DNA from: a virus
Length of the DNA stretch: 64,000 nucleotides
Strand: one strand, 5' to 3'
Virus record (IMG/VR): IMGVR_UViG_3300044675_001825
Location: 1-64,000 of that record
This document shows positions 27,656 to 38,766 of this stretch, piece by piece. The translations under genes and the position numbers were made by a program. The notes beneath the pieces are model-generated. The model was given only the letters and a program-made list of their open reading frames with translations. It searched no databases and was not told the origin of the DNA. Position 1 is the first letter of the stretch, and each line of letters starts with the position of its first letter.

Positions 27656-27988
27656 ATGGCAGTAAAAAAGAACACATACATCAATACAGAACTTGATTGG
27701 GCAGAACAGCAACTATCAAGTTGGAAAGAATATGTTGATGCTAATCCTTTACATACATTAGAGGATAGAATCAAGTGGAAAGAAACCAAAGCTGGTGGTG
27801 CTATGCCTATGGTGATTGCAAGCATTGAAGCTCAGGGTAAGTTTGTCCAAGAGACAATGAAAAACTACCTAGCTTTATTAGAGCAAGTGGATAAGTTACG
27901 TGAGAAAGAAGAAGCTAAGAAGGTGGAAACACGTGGTGGTCAAGAACTTGGTTCTATGGCAGAAGAATTCTTAAAAGGTAGAGGATAG
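27656..27988 (+). CDS. Possible terminase small subunit
   Basis: Helical protein ending ...VETRGG, overlapping the terL start; positional inference. Confidence 0.4.
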   Translation: MAVKKNTYINTELDWAEQQLSSWKEYVDANPLHTLEDRIKWKETKAGGAMPMVIASIEAQGKFVQETMKNYLALLEQVDKLREKEEAKKVETRGGQELGSMAEEFLKGRG

Positions 27989-30009
27989 TGAACTTACATA
28001 ATATAGAGTATAAGGATTGGTTTATCAATCAAAGACGTATTCCAGATGAAACATCTAGTGAATACAAAGCATTCTTCAATTTCCATAAGGAACTTTGTAT
28101 GAATGGCTGTATGATGGATGGACAATACATCAATCCATTTCTATATTGGCATTTAAACATATGGCATACAGAGGTGGACACCATAGATGAATATGGACGT
28201 ATCAACCAGAAGTATGCTAACCCACTGCTCAGAGATAATGAGTGGTTAGTAACAAATGAAATAGACAGAGCTCATAAAGAGAAGAAAGGCCTAGTTATAC
28301 TAGGTATTCGTCGTTTTGCTAAGTCTGTTATTGAAGCATCTTACATAGGACAAGGAGCTACGTTTGATGAGAACAGTCAGAACATTATTGCAGGACTGAA
28401 TGCTCCTGATATTAAGCTGATTACAGATAAGATTGACAAAGGACTTAACTTCCTACCTAAAGCTTGGAGATGGCAGAGGGTAGAGGATAACTGGAAGAAC
28501 CAAGTTACCCTAGGGATTAAGACCAAGGCAGGAGAGAGAATACCCTTCTCTCAGATTCTTATAAGAAACTTAGATGGTGGTAACAATGAAGAGGCTATTG
28601 CAGGTACTAAACCTCGTAGACTAATCATTGATGAGATTGGAAAAGGGTCTTTTCTACGTGGTCTTCAAGCTGCTATACCAGGTTTTACAACACCATTTGG
28701 TTGGGGATGTTCGCCCATACTTACAGGTACAGGTGGAGACATGAAGATGTTCATGGACGCAAAGAGCTTAATGTTCGATGTAGAAAACTTCAACTTTCTA
28801 GAATACAACAATGCAAAGGATGATAAGAGAGTGCATGGCTTATTCATCTCACATAAATATAGAATGGAAGCCAAAGAGGAAAGTTCTCTTGGTGCTTTCT
28901 TAGAAAAACCAGAAGGATCTTCTCTATATCAAGTGAAGATGATGGTCAGTAATGAAGAGAAAGCTACAGAGATAACCAATGGTAATCTAGAAAAGCTTAA
29001 GAAAGCTGGTGATAGAATGGCCTATCTGAAAGAGAAGATGTACTACCCACAAGAAGTGGATGACATATTCTTAAATGAAGATACTAATATATTTGATATT
29101 GAATCAGCTAAACGTCAGAAAGCCAGACTGTTAATGCAAGAAAGAACAGGAACGCCTGTTATTCTATATGATGATGGCGATGGAGTGAAACATCAATTCA
29201 CTGATAAGCTTCCTATATCAAACTTCCCTCTGAAGAATAGTGATCAAAAAGATGCTCCTGTAGTGATATACGAGTTTCCAATTGAATCTCCTCCATATGG
29301 ACTTTATGTTGCAGGAATTGACCCTTATAGACAAGGAAAGTCTGCCTACTCAAGCTCATTAGGATCTGTGTACATATATAAACGTATGCATGCTATTGCA
29401 GGAGAGAAATACCAAGATATGTTTGTGGCCAGCTATTGTGCTAGACCAGACAAGAAAGAAACATGGGAAGAGCAAGCTCGCTACCTCATCAAGTATTATA
29501 ATGCTAGAGCTCTATGTGAGAACGATGAAATCTCTTTCATAGACTACATGATAGCCAAGGGCGATCAGCATTATTTAGAGAAACAACCTGAGTGGTTAAA
29601 GGAAATTGTTCCAAACACCACAGTGAGAAGGGATTATGGAATACATAGGTCTTCTGATAAAATACGAGACTTTCTTCATGGATGTCTTAAGAAGTATACA
29701 GAGGAAGCTATACACGTAGAGAAAGATGCTGATGGTAACATCACATCAGAGATAAAGGGTATGTCAAAGATATTTGACCCTGTTTTATTAGAGGAGATGA
29801 TCCAGTATAATGAACAAGGTAACTTTGATAGAATCATTGCTGCAGAATTAGCTGTGGCATTAGCTATGAAGCTAGATCCCATTATGGGAAAAATAGGTGG
29901 AGAGGAAGATGTAAGAATCAAATCAATGTTCACAAAGAGCAAAAAGAATATGCTTTTCACAGAGAGCAGAACAATGTTTAACACACCAAAAAGTAAATTG
30001 TTTAGATAA
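27988..30009 (+). CDS. terL: Terminase large subunit
   Basis: GIRRFAKS Walker A variant, LIIDEIG Walker B, TGTGG, nuclease VAGIDPY, GNFDRI. Confidence 0.92.
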   Translation: MNLHNIEYKDWFINQRRIPDETSSEYKAFFNFHKELCMNGCMMDGQYINPFLYWHLNIWHTEVDTIDEYGRINQKYANPLLRDNEWLVTNEIDRAHKEKKGLVILGIRRFAKSVIEASYIGQGATFDENSQNIIAGLNAPDIKLITDKIDKGLNFLPKAWRWQRVEDNWKNQVTLGIKTKAGERIPFSQILIRNLDGGNNEEAIAGTKPRRLIIDEIGKGSFLRGLQAAIPGFTTPFGWGCSPILTGTGGDMKMFMDAKSLMFDVENFNFLEYNNAKDDKRVHGLFISHKYRMEAKEESSLGAFLEKPEGSSLYQVKMMVSNEEKATEITNGNLEKLKKAGDRMAYLKEKMYYPQEVDDIFLNEDTNIFDIESAKRQKARLLMQERTGTPVILYDDGDGVKHQFTDKLPISNFPLKNSDQKDAPVVIYEFPIESPPYGLYVAGIDPYRQGKSAYSSSLGSVYIYKRMHAIAGEKYQDMFVASYCARPDKKETWEEQARYLIKYYNARALCENDEISFIDYMIAKGDQHYLEKQPEWLKEIVPNTTVRRDYGIHRSSDKIRDFLHGCLKKYTEEAIHVEKDADGNITSEIKGMSKIFDPVLLEEMIQYNEQGNFDRIIAAELAVALAMKLDPIMGKIGGEEDVRIKSMFTKSKKNMLFTESRTMFNTPKSKLFR

Positions 30010-30010
30010 C

Positions 30011-32596
30011 ATGGCAATAATTAGATATACAAAAGATGCTACCATCAGGTATGCATACTTAAACATCTTCCCTGATCAGTTCAAAACTGAAAAGGAAAAG
30101 CAAGATGAGAGTTGGATAAAGAATACAATGGACTATTTCTCCAACAAAGCATATGCTGAGTATGTAAAGAATAGAGACACATTTGTTAAGAATTATGATC
30201 TTATGAAAGGTATTCTTCGTATGGAGGATTTCTATCAAGAACCAGAGGTGAGAAGCTTTACAGATGTTCTTACAGGAGATCTAGAACTTCCTGCTTATGT
30301 AAAAATGTATTCTATTGTCACCACTCCTGTTAATGAGTTGGTAGGAGAGATCTCTAAACGTCCAGATACATTTAGAGTGAAAGCTTTTGATGATGACAGT
30401 CAGGCAGAAGAACTACAGTTTAAAACAGATACGTTACAAGAATATGTAATAGGTCAAGTTAAACAACAGTTTGCACAGAAAGCTGCTATGCGAGGGGAAG
30501 AGATTGATGAGGAGCAATTACAGCAAATGACAATGGAACAGGTTAAGGATCAGTTAGATAGCTACACATCTGTTGCTGAGAAATGGGCTAACCACATCCT
30601 TACATGTCAAAAAGCTGAGTTTAATTTAAAAGAAAAATCAGAGGATGCGTTTAGAGATATGCTAATCTCTGCTAGACAATTTTACCATATATATGAAGAC
30701 AACTCGAAACTTGGTTTCAACATCGAAGTGGCGAACCCAAAAAACACTTGGTTTCTTACTACTCCTGATAGAAAGTGGATATCAGATCCCACTGGTAGAG
30801 CTCAAGGAGCCTATGCTGCTGGCACAGTACAAGTTATGGAGCTATCAGAGATCATTGAAAGCATACCAGATCTTACGAAAGAGGAGATTGACCACTTACG
30901 CTCATCGCTCCAAGACTATGGACTGATCAATGTACGTGAATCAAACTTAGGTAATCCAGATGCTATTCCTGGACAAGACTCTGTAATGTATGATACGTTT
31001 GACCCATTAGTGTTACAGACACGTATGATCATTGAATCAGAAATGAAAGAGAACAACGATGGACTTAAAGACTTCTTAGGACTAACTAATAACGTTAGCT
31101 CATTTGGTTATAAGTATGTTGTTGTTAGATCATATTGGATTTCTAAGAGAAAGATAGGTAAGCTTATATACATAGATGATATGGGTAATGAGCAATCTTT
31201 ACTTGTTGATGAAAGTTACAAATCAGGAAGTATACCTACTCAACAATCATTAGAATGGGGATGGGTAAATGAGTGGTATCAAGGAACTAAGATTGGGCCA
31301 GACATATACCACATCAAACCATTCAAGCTTTTAAATTACTGTCCTATTATAGGTACAACATATGAGGTGAAGAATACAGAGGCTAAATCTCTAGTAGATC
31401 TTATGAAACCTTTTCAAGTCCTTTACAATGTATGTATGAACCAATTGTACAAACTTCTTGAAAAAGAGATGGGTAAGGTTCAGCTTATGTCATTGAGACA
31501 TGTTCCTATTCCTAAAGATGGAGATGCACAAGATGCTCTTGATATATGGGAAATGGAAGCACGTAACAGAGGTGTAGTATTTGTGGATGACAGCCCAGAG
31601 AACTTAAAAGCTCCTAGCTCATTCAACCAATACACAGCTCTTGATCTTACACGTACACAGGAGATACAATCTAGATATACACTAGCTCAACAAGTTAAGA
31701 ATGAATGTTGGGAACTTGTAGGTATGTCAAGACAACGTATGGGATCAGTGGCAGCATCAGAAACTGCAACAGGGACTAATACAGCTATGCAACAGAGTTA
31801 TTCTCAGACAGAACCATTGTTTATTGCACATGAATATGTGATGGGACAACTATATCAAGCTATCATTGATGCTGCATTATATGTAGAGAGTTCTAAACCT
31901 CAATCTACGCTTTCATATATCACTTCTGAGGGACAATCTGCGTTCGTACAAGTGAATGGATCAGATCTTAAATTTCGTGACTTAAAAGTGTTCTTAACCA
32001 ATAGACCTGAAGATCAACAAATGTTTAATGAGCTTAGACAACTTTCTCAAGCTATTATTCAGAATGGTGGCACACTTTATGATGTAGTGGAACTATATAG
32101 TTCTAAGTCTCAAAGAGAACTTAAGAAAGCATTCAAAGATCTTAGAGATAGACAAGTTACTCTACAAGAACAACAACAAAAACTTGCTGAACAACAACAA
32201 CAAGCTCAACAAGAACAAGCTCAAGCTCAGTTACAACAAGCTGCTCAGATGGCACAAGAGCAACAAGCTAACGATAATTACCAAAAAGAACTTGATAGAT
32301 TATCTAAAGAGAAGATTGCTATCATACAAGCAACAGGCTTTGGTAAAGTGGAAAGTGAAGATGTTAATGCTAATGCTGTTCCTGATGTATTGGAAGTGAG
32401 TAAGTTAAATATGGAGCAACAGAAAGTTACTAAAGACTATGGAGTGGAAATGGCTGATATTCAAGCTAAGAATAAACAAGCAGCTGATAAAATGTCCATA
32501 GAAAAAGAGAAATTACAAGTGGCTAGAGAGAATATGGCAAACGATCTTGCAGTGGCAAAAGAGAACGCTAAGGGAAGAAATAACAAAAAAAGTTAA
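30011..32596 (+). CDS. Portal protein (crAss-like)
   Basis: 861 aa after terL; NEWYQGTKIG, KSLVDLMKPFQ..YN, GMSRQRMG, Q-rich C-terminal barrel helix. Confidence 0.88.
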   Translation: MAIIRYTKDATIRYAYLNIFPDQFKTEKEKQDESWIKNTMDYFSNKAYAEYVKNRDTFVKNYDLMKGILRMEDFYQEPEVRSFTDVLTGDLELPAYVKMYSIVTTPVNELVGEISKRPDTFRVKAFDDDSQAEELQFKTDTLQEYVIGQVKQQFAQKAAMRGEEIDEEQLQQMTMEQVKDQLDSYTSVAEKWANHILTCQKAEFNLKEKSEDAFRDMLISARQFYHIYEDNSKLGFNIEVANPKNTWFLTTPDRKWISDPTGRAQGAYAAGTVQVMELSEIIESIPDLTKEEIDHLRSSLQDYGLINVRESNLGNPDAIPGQDSVMYDTFDPLVLQTRMIIESEMKENNDGLKDFLGLTNNVSSFGYKYVVVRSYWISKRKIGKLIYIDDMGNEQSLLVDESYKSGSIPTQQSLEWGWVNEWYQGTKIGPDIYHIKPFKLLNYCPIIGTTYEVKNTEAKSLVDLMKPFQVLYNVCMNQLYKLLEKEMGKVQLMSLRHVPIPKDGDAQDALDIWEMEARNRGVVFVDDSPENLKAPSSFNQYTALDLTRTQEIQSRYTLAQQVKNECWELVGMSRQRMGSVAASETATGTNTAMQQSYSQTEPLFIAHEYVMGQLYQAIIDAALYVESSKPQSTLSYITSEGQSAFVQVNGSDLKFRDLKVFLTNRPEDQQMFNELRQLSQAIIQNGGTLYDVVELYSSKSQRELKKAFKDLRDRQVTLQEQQQKLAEQQQQAQQEQAQAQLQQAAQMAQEQQANDNYQKELDRLSKEKIAIIQATGFGKVESEDVNANAVPDVLEVSKLNMEQQKVTKDYGVEMADIQAKNKQAADKMSIEKEKLQVARENMANDLAVAKENAKGRNNKKS

Positions 32597-32677
32597 AAAA
32601 AGTTCTTCCACAGACAAGGGTAAAACATATTAATGCTATATTATCTAGAAAATTGGATCACATTGATCTATAACCCT

Positions 32678-32707
32678 TTGATATTCCAAACCCTTATTAT
32701 ACTTTTA
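32678..32707 (+). promoter_or_regulatory. Promoter candidate for scaffold/capsid genes
   Basis: TTG, 19-nt spacer, TACTTTTA, upstream of 32741. Confidence 0.45.
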
Positions 32708-32740
32708 CATAAATAAAACCAAACATAAATACAACTACAT

Positions 32741-34003
32741 ATGGCTGATAATTTAGATAACTTTAGTATCCAAGGTACTATGGAAATGGGAATGGGTAAC
32801 CAAGAACTATTAAATGACTTGTTTTCCCCTGAAACATCAACATCGAATCCAGAAGATGTTACACCTATTATTAAAGACGCAGATGCTCCTGAAGCTCCAG
32901 AAGTTCCAGCAGTAAAGAAAGGTAAGGATATTATTCCTCCTAAAAGCGTTGATGGTAAAACAGATGAAGAGAAAGCAGAAGGACAATCAATGATTGCTGA
33001 TTTCTTAAGTGATGATGAAGATGACACTGAAGATGATGACACTCCTGCACCAGCAAAACCTGCAGAAGCTGCAGAAGCTGCTGCTGACGTTGATGCTGAT
33101 GATGACACTCCACAAGGTACACAATTCACTGCTCTTGCAAACGATCTTTATAAACTAGGTGTATTCACCAATGATGATGATGAAGATCCAGAACCAGTAT
33201 CCACTGCAGAAGAGTTTTTAGAAAGATTTGAAAATGAAAAGAAAAAAGGTGCCTCTGAAATGGTACAAAACTTCATAGGACAATTTGGAGAAGATTATCA
33301 AGAAGCGTTTGAAGCCATATTTGTGAAAGGAGTTAATCCAAAAGATTACTTTGGTACTTATAATCAAGTAGTTAACTTTGCTGAGATGGATCTCAATGAT
33401 GAGAACAATCAAATAAGAATAATGAAACAAGCATTAGCAGATCAAGGATTTGAACCTGAAGATGTAGATACAGAAATCGAAAGACTTCAAAACTATGGTG
33501 ATCTTGAAAGCGTAGCTACAAAGCATCATAAAGTGTTGGTTAAAAAAGAAGCAGCCAAGTTACAACAACTAGAACAGAAATCTGAAGCTGAGTTAAGACA
33601 AAAAGCTCAAATCAGAAATCAATATATAGCCAACGTACAGAACATCTTACAAGAGAAGGTGAAATCAAAAGAGTTTGATGGTATTCCTATCAATCCAAAA
33701 TTAGCAGGTGAACTACAAGACTTCTTATTAGTTGATAAGTGGAAAACTCCATCAGGAGAAACACTAACAGACTTTGATCGTGCTATTCTGGATATGAAAA
33801 GACCAGAGAACCATGCAATGAAAGTTAAGTTAGGACTTCTTATGAAGATGTTAGAAAAAGATCCAACATTATCAACCATACAAAGAACAGGTGTGACTAA
33901 AAAATCTAACCAGTTATTTGGAGAAGTTGCAAGACAAGTAGAAAAAGCTAAAACAGCTGGATCTACTGGTTCAGGAGCTAAACCTAATTCATGGTTTCTA
34001 TAA
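32741..34003 (+). CDS. Putative capsid scaffolding protein
   Basis: Acidic disordered N-half, coiled-coil C-half; between portal and major capsid. Confidence 0.65.
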   Translation: MADNLDNFSIQGTMEMGMGNQELLNDLFSPETSTSNPEDVTPIIKDADAPEAPEVPAVKKGKDIIPPKSVDGKTDEEKAEGQSMIADFLSDDEDDTEDDDTPAPAKPAEAAEAAADVDADDDTPQGTQFTALANDLYKLGVFTNDDDEDPEPVSTAEEFLERFENEKKKGASEMVQNFIGQFGEDYQEAFEAIFVKGVNPKDYFGTYNQVVNFAEMDLNDENNQIRIMKQALADQGFEPEDVDTEIERLQNYGDLESVATKHHKVLVKKEAAKLQQLEQKSEAELRQKAQIRNQYIANVQNILQEKVKSKEFDGIPINPKLAGELQDFLLVDKWKTPSGETLTDFDRAILDMKRPENHAMKVKLGLLMKMLEKDPTLSTIQRTGVTKKSNQLFGEVARQVEKAKTAGSTGSGAKPNSWFL

Positions 34004-34041
34004 CAAAAAAATAATTAATAATTAACAAAAACGAATAACAA

Positions 34042-35604
34042 ATGGCAATTCAAACAATCCCTGGGTTAACAGGTTTTACTTATGCTCGTGTTGCGTCTAT
34101 GGACAAGCGTGCAGTAGGGAAACTTACAGACTCAAATCACTTAGAGAGTTTTCACTCAACAGAGCCAGCTGATTATGATAAAAAGATTATATCTTTATAT
34201 ACTCAGAGCTCATTGTACAGTAATGACTTCTTGGACATGATCAACAAAAGCACACCTTATTACATCGATAATAATAGTGATGCATGGAAATGGCAAGTAG
34301 CAGTTCCTTACAAATTCCCAAAAATTATTGACATTCCTGCTTCTACGCAAGAATTAATTGATGCTGGTAAAACAGGTATCGATGGTCAAGAATTTAGTTT
34401 AGTATTAGATACTAATGAGTTTTCTAAAAATGCAATTGTATCTGTAGGTACACGTCAGTATGGTCCACGTTTCTACGTGATCAAAGATCCACAACCATGG
34501 AACATGGGTTATCTTTATTCATTTACATTAGTAACTGACAATCCAACAGTTGACTTTGTAAACCCTACATTCTTACAATATGGTGTTGAATTAGAATTAG
34601 TTGATGCTGCTATTGGTGAGTTTGATCAAGACTTATTAGGTCTTCCAAGATTAGGTGAGCAAATCACTATGTTCGAATCATTAGGTTCTGCATATGGATA
34701 TGAGCACAAAATCACTGAGTGGGCTGATGACAAAATGATGAGAGATGCTTCTGGTAAACCATTAGACATTTTAGTTTATGCTCCACAAAGACGTAACCAA
34801 TTACCTTTAACTCGTAATGATGTTAAATGGGAACCATTCATTGAGTTCTGGATGCGTAAGTCAATGTTAGAATTGAAAGTTAAACGTATGATCTGGGCTA
34901 AACCAGGTACAGTTAAAACTAATGGTTCTAAACAAGAATTGAAACGTACATCTGCAGGTGTATACCACAGAATGCGTAACAATGGAAACTTGGTACAATA
35001 CAACAGAGGTGAATTCTCTGCTAACTTGATTCGTTCAGTATTTGGAGACTTGTTCTACAGAAGAGTGGATGTTAAAGACAGAAGTGTAAAAATGTATACT
35101 AATGAGGCTGGATTCGACGTATTCCAACAAGCTTTGAAAACAGATGCATTAAACTCTGGTCTTACGTTCATGGCAGATTCTGGAAACAGATACTTACAAG
35201 GAGAAGGACAACATATCACTTACAACTTTGCATTCGATGCAATGGTAACTCGTGAGACTGGTAGAGTTGAATTGATTCACTTGAAAGAATTAGATTTACC
35301 ACAAACTAACTTAGAGTTTGGACAAAACAAAAAATCTACGCCAGTATTTATGGTGTTTGATGTGTCTCCAATGTCTGATGGTTCAATGGTAAACAACATT
35401 AGAGAAGTACGTATGAAAGGTGCTCCTTCTATGACATGGGGTTATATTGATGGTACTCGTCACCACTTAGGTTTTGCTAAGTCTCAAGGTATGAGTTCAG
35501 CTAACAAATTCCCAGGATACGAAATCTGGATGAAAGACAGATGTGACGTATTTATCGAAGATCTTTCTAGAACTGTGTTGATCGAGGAAATCCCACAATT
35601 CTAA
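34042..35604 (+). CDS. Major capsid protein (crAss-like)
   Basis: 520 aa, highly biased codons, position after scaffold; TDSNHL, YTNEAG motifs. Confidence 0.85.
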   Translation: MAIQTIPGLTGFTYARVASMDKRAVGKLTDSNHLESFHSTEPADYDKKIISLYTQSSLYSNDFLDMINKSTPYYIDNNSDAWKWQVAVPYKFPKIIDIPASTQELIDAGKTGIDGQEFSLVLDTNEFSKNAIVSVGTRQYGPRFYVIKDPQPWNMGYLYSFTLVTDNPTVDFVNPTFLQYGVELELVDAAIGEFDQDLLGLPRLGEQITMFESLGSAYGYEHKITEWADDKMMRDASGKPLDILVYAPQRRNQLPLTRNDVKWEPFIEFWMRKSMLELKVKRMIWAKPGTVKTNGSKQELKRTSAGVYHRMRNNGNLVQYNRGEFSANLIRSVFGDLFYRRVDVKDRSVKMYTNEAGFDVFQQALKTDALNSGLTFMADSGNRYLQGEGQHITYNFAFDAMVTRETGRVELIHLKELDLPQTNLEFGQNKKSTPVFMVFDVSPMSDGSMVNNIREVRMKGAPSMTWGYIDGTRHHLGFAKSQGMSSANKFPGYEIWMKDRCDVFIEDLSRTVLIEEIPQF

Positions 35605-35617
35605 TAATAGTAATAGT

Positions 35618-35773
35618 AGTTACTACGCTACCCATCATAGAACAGCGTCCCAGAGTAACTCATTTATTCGAGATGAATCCCCTCACCTCCTCTCCCTCCT
35701 AGAGGGGATGATTCTCAAACAGAGTGATGGATCAGGATTTCCTGATAGCCAGACCCTTCGATGGGACCACTCT
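35618..35773 (+). ncRNA. Putative structured RNA downstream of major capsid gene
   Basis: Three stem domains and potential CCCATC/GATGGG loop pairing in a GC-rich intergenic spacer. Confidence 0.45.
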
Positions 35774-35807
35774 ACTAAATAAAACCAAATTATTAAATTA
35801 ACTACAT

Positions 35808-36776
35808 ATGGGTAAAACAGGCAAAATCTCTACGATAAAACGTGAGTATAATAGTTCGCAATTGCAAACTATGGATAGTGGGTTAGCACAAAAAGGTATG
35901 ACAAGAATTCCTGGAACAGGAGTATTCAAATATCCTTACAAGGAATTAGATGGTAAATACAGAACAGGACTTGATCCAGACGCTGCTTACATTAGACGTA
36001 TCAAAGATGATACTGAAAGAGAACTTGAAGTTGAAAGAGTGACAGCTCTTAGAAAAAGACTTGAAGCTGAGATTGGTGATATTGACTTAGGTCCACGTTC
36101 TAAATTCTGGAACTATGGATTATCATTATCTCCAGACGATCAGACTCACGTACAAGCAGTTAAATTGATGGATGGTGATAACTTTTTTGATTTATCAAAT
36201 GCTTTTCAAGAAATAGCCTTTTCATGGTTGAGAGTACATCCTACTATTGCATCTTCTTACCAAGCATGGGAAAGAGGAGAATATCCAGCAGATACACAGT
36301 TTTATGTGGTAGATGATGAGATAGAGAATGCAGTGATCTTCAAGAAAAAACAATTGATTAATAAAGCAATTGTTAAGTTTGATTCAATGACTCCTGAGAA
36401 GAAACGTAAAGTTGCAAGACTATTAGGACTTCCAGTATCAGAAGATTCAAAAGAAGAAGTAGTGTACAACTTAGTAGATAATGTATTGAAACAAACAGAA
36501 TTCAAGAATGGTAAGTATTCAGGATTGAATCCAGTTGAAGTGTTCAATAGATTTGCTGACATGAAAGAAGCTTTACTCCATATTAAAGATTTAGTAAAAC
36601 AAGCTATAACACATTCTATTTATAGAGTTAAACCAAATGGTAAGGTTTATGAAGGTGAATTTGAAGTAGCTAAAGATGAAGAAGATTTAGTAAAATTCTT
36701 AGCTGATGATGATAACCAAGATGAGTTATTAGTATTAGAAGGAAAATTAAAAACTAAAAAACTAGCTGCTGTATAA
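35808..36776 (+). CDS. Conserved crAss-like protein following major capsid
   Basis: 322 aa, YRTGLD motif, synteny. Confidence 0.65.
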   Translation: MGKTGKISTIKREYNSSQLQTMDSGLAQKGMTRIPGTGVFKYPYKELDGKYRTGLDPDAAYIRRIKDDTERELEVERVTALRKRLEAEIGDIDLGPRSKFWNYGLSLSPDDQTHVQAVKLMDGDNFFDLSNAFQEIAFSWLRVHPTIASSYQAWERGEYPADTQFYVVDDEIENAVIFKKKQLINKAIVKFDSMTPEKKRKVARLLGLPVSEDSKEEVVYNLVDNVLKQTEFKNGKYSGLNPVEVFNRFADMKEALLHIKDLVKQAITHSIYRVKPNGKVYEGEFEVAKDEEDLVKFLADDDNQDELLVLEGKLKTKKLAAV

Positions 36777-36789
36777 GTGGCTAGTTTTT
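36757..36789 (+). terminator. Rho-independent terminator
   Basis: AAAAACTAGCTGCT/AGTGGCTAGTTTTT. Confidence 0.6.
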
Positions 36790-36805
36790 AAAAATATAAA
36801 AGAAT

Positions 36806-37537
36806 ATGATTCCAGTAGATAGTTTATTATACAAGATCGATCAAAAACTAAATAAACTATCGACTAATTCACATCAACAGATTCAATTAGAAGATAAGAT
36901 TTTAGCTCTTAATGAAGCTCAAATCAAGTTGATAAAACAGAAAGTTGATGGTATTAGTACTACTAGTCAATTAGGTCTTGATTCATTTAAGAAACGTTAT
37001 GAAGACTTACAGAGTCTTATATTAGATTATAATCATCAACCATTGCCACTAGTATTAGAAGATGATAACTTAAATCAATGGTCTGCTAATGTTCATAATC
37101 TTGAGCCAAAATATATGTTCTATGTAGATTCATATGTTTTAGCTGATAAAGGAAGATGTAAAGACAGAAGAATTTGGATCAATCGAGATCTTGCAAAGCA
37201 TGGTGATCTACAGTTTATATTAAACAACGATCATTACAAACCAAGCTTTGAATACCAAGAAACATTTAATGTTCTTGCTTCTGATAAAATATCTATATAT
37301 ACTGATGGAACGTTCACTCCTAAGAATATACAGATAATGTACATGAGATATCCAGTTTATATAAACAAAGCAGGATATATAATGTTAGATGGGACTCCAT
37401 CATTTGATCAAGATTGTGAACTTGAATTATATTTAGAGGATGAATTGTTAGACTTAACAGTACAGAATCTAGCAATGTATACTGAGAATGCTGCAGCAGT
37501 ACAAAGTGCTCAGTTCAGAATACAAACAAACGAGTAA
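36806..37537 (+). CDS. Tail ring/adaptor protein
   Basis: LNEAQ, F.KR..DLQSL, Y.RYP, CEL...DELLDL motifs; crAss-like synteny. Confidence 0.6.
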   Translation: MIPVDSLLYKIDQKLNKLSTNSHQQIQLEDKILALNEAQIKLIKQKVDGISTTSQLGLDSFKKRYEDLQSLILDYNHQPLPLVLEDDNLNQWSANVHNLEPKYMFYVDSYVLADKGRCKDRRIWINRDLAKHGDLQFILNNDHYKPSFEYQETFNVLASDKISIYTDGTFTPKNIQIMYMRYPVYINKAGYIMLDGTPSFDQDCELELYLEDELLDLTVQNLAMYTENAAAVQSAQFRIQTNE

Positions 37538-37562
37538 ATTTTTAACTTAATAAATAAATAAA

Positions 37563-38735
37563 ATGGCTGATTTTTCATTAACCACAGTATTCGTGGTTCC
37601 AGTGGGGCAAACTGCACTCCCTAGCTCTGGCTCAACACAAAACTTGACTGCAGGACAAGTAGGTTTCTTTAGAAACGATTATTCAATAGCTACTTCTGCT
37701 AACATTGCTGCTGCACCTTATTTCTACGTAGCACAAGGTAGAACAAACACTTATTTACAAGGATCTAAAAGATCTGACAAGATCAAAGGATGTCCTTCTG
37801 GATCTGGTTGCAACTCAAACGTAACAGAATGGTACAAAGTATCAGGATGTCCTACAGCTGCTAACCAAATCACTGATGTAACTAATTTCACTGTACAATG
37901 TGGAGAAACTATCACGTTAACTTTACGTGCTCACTCTTCTTACATTGATACATTGTATTTTAATGGTTTCACTCGTTCAGTAACAATCCAAGCTCCATGC
38001 TGTGGTTGTGATGAAAATCCATGTGCTGATGTAAGTGACAACACTATCATCAACTTATTGATTGCTAAATTAACACAACAAGCTCCTGGTATCAACCCTG
38101 ATAACATTAGCTTTAATACATTCTTTACATTTGAAAATGTAGGTGGTACAATCTTACGTATTACAGGAAAACCATTAACTCAATATGGACAACCTTGTGA
38201 TATTGCAGCGTTCCCTTTTGAATATGACAGAATGTCTTTCAGAACATTTGTATATGCTGGTCCAGCTACAACTGCTGACTTCATTGTAGCAGATGCTTGT
38301 AACATTGTTGCTAACCCAATCATCACTCAACGTGCTTCTTACGCTACTGGTACATCTGCAGAAATTGCTCAATTAGAGAAAAACTTCTACAGCTACCAAG
38401 CAGGTTACTTGAAACATTTATATAGAATGAATGGGTATAACGAGAACTTTGAATCTTGGGTTTCTGCTGGTACAACTTATGATACATACTACATTAGATT
38501 TAATGAGTATAATAAATCTGAGTACCAATGGGGTGATTACATTATGGAAGATTCAACAGTAATTATTGCTGCTCCGAACTCTGTAACAAGTGGTATTTCT
38601 GCTGCAATCACTACTGTGTTAGAAGCTGCATTAGGTACTGTAGTAGATCAAGGTGTTCCTTGTATCACAACTACAACTACTTCTTCTACTGCTGCTCCAT
38701 CAACAACAACTACTACTTCTACAAACATTCCTTAA
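37563..38735 (+). CDS. Structural protein (probable auxiliary capsid protein) with C-terminal Thr-rich tail
   Basis: Highly expressed codon bias, synteny, ends CITTTTTSSTAAPSTTTTTSTNIP. Confidence 0.55.
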   Translation: MADFSLTTVFVVPVGQTALPSSGSTQNLTAGQVGFFRNDYSIATSANIAAAPYFYVAQGRTNTYLQGSKRSDKIKGCPSGSGCNSNVTEWYKVSGCPTAANQITDVTNFTVQCGETITLTLRAHSSYIDTLYFNGFTRSVTIQAPCCGCDENPCADVSDNTIINLLIAKLTQQAPGINPDNISFNTFFTFENVGGTILRITGKPLTQYGQPCDIAAFPFEYDRMSFRTFVYAGPATTADFIVADACNIVANPIITQRASYATGTSAEIAQLEKNFYSYQAGYLKHLYRMNGYNENFESWVSAGTTYDTYYIRFNEYNKSEYQWGDYIMEDSTVIIAAPNSVTSGISAAITTVLEAALGTVVDQGVPCITTTTTSSTAAPSTTTTTSTNIP

Positions 38736-38766
38736 GAATAAAAGAAGTAAAATTTAAACAATAACC

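Noticed and set aside
11227-30009. Introns or inteins in DNA polymerase or terminase
   Set aside because: Both ORFs are continuous, of normal length, with motifs in order and no splice or intein signatures seen.
35731-35760. Hammerhead ribozyme core near CCTGATAG
   Set aside because: No CUGANGA plus GAAA core is present.
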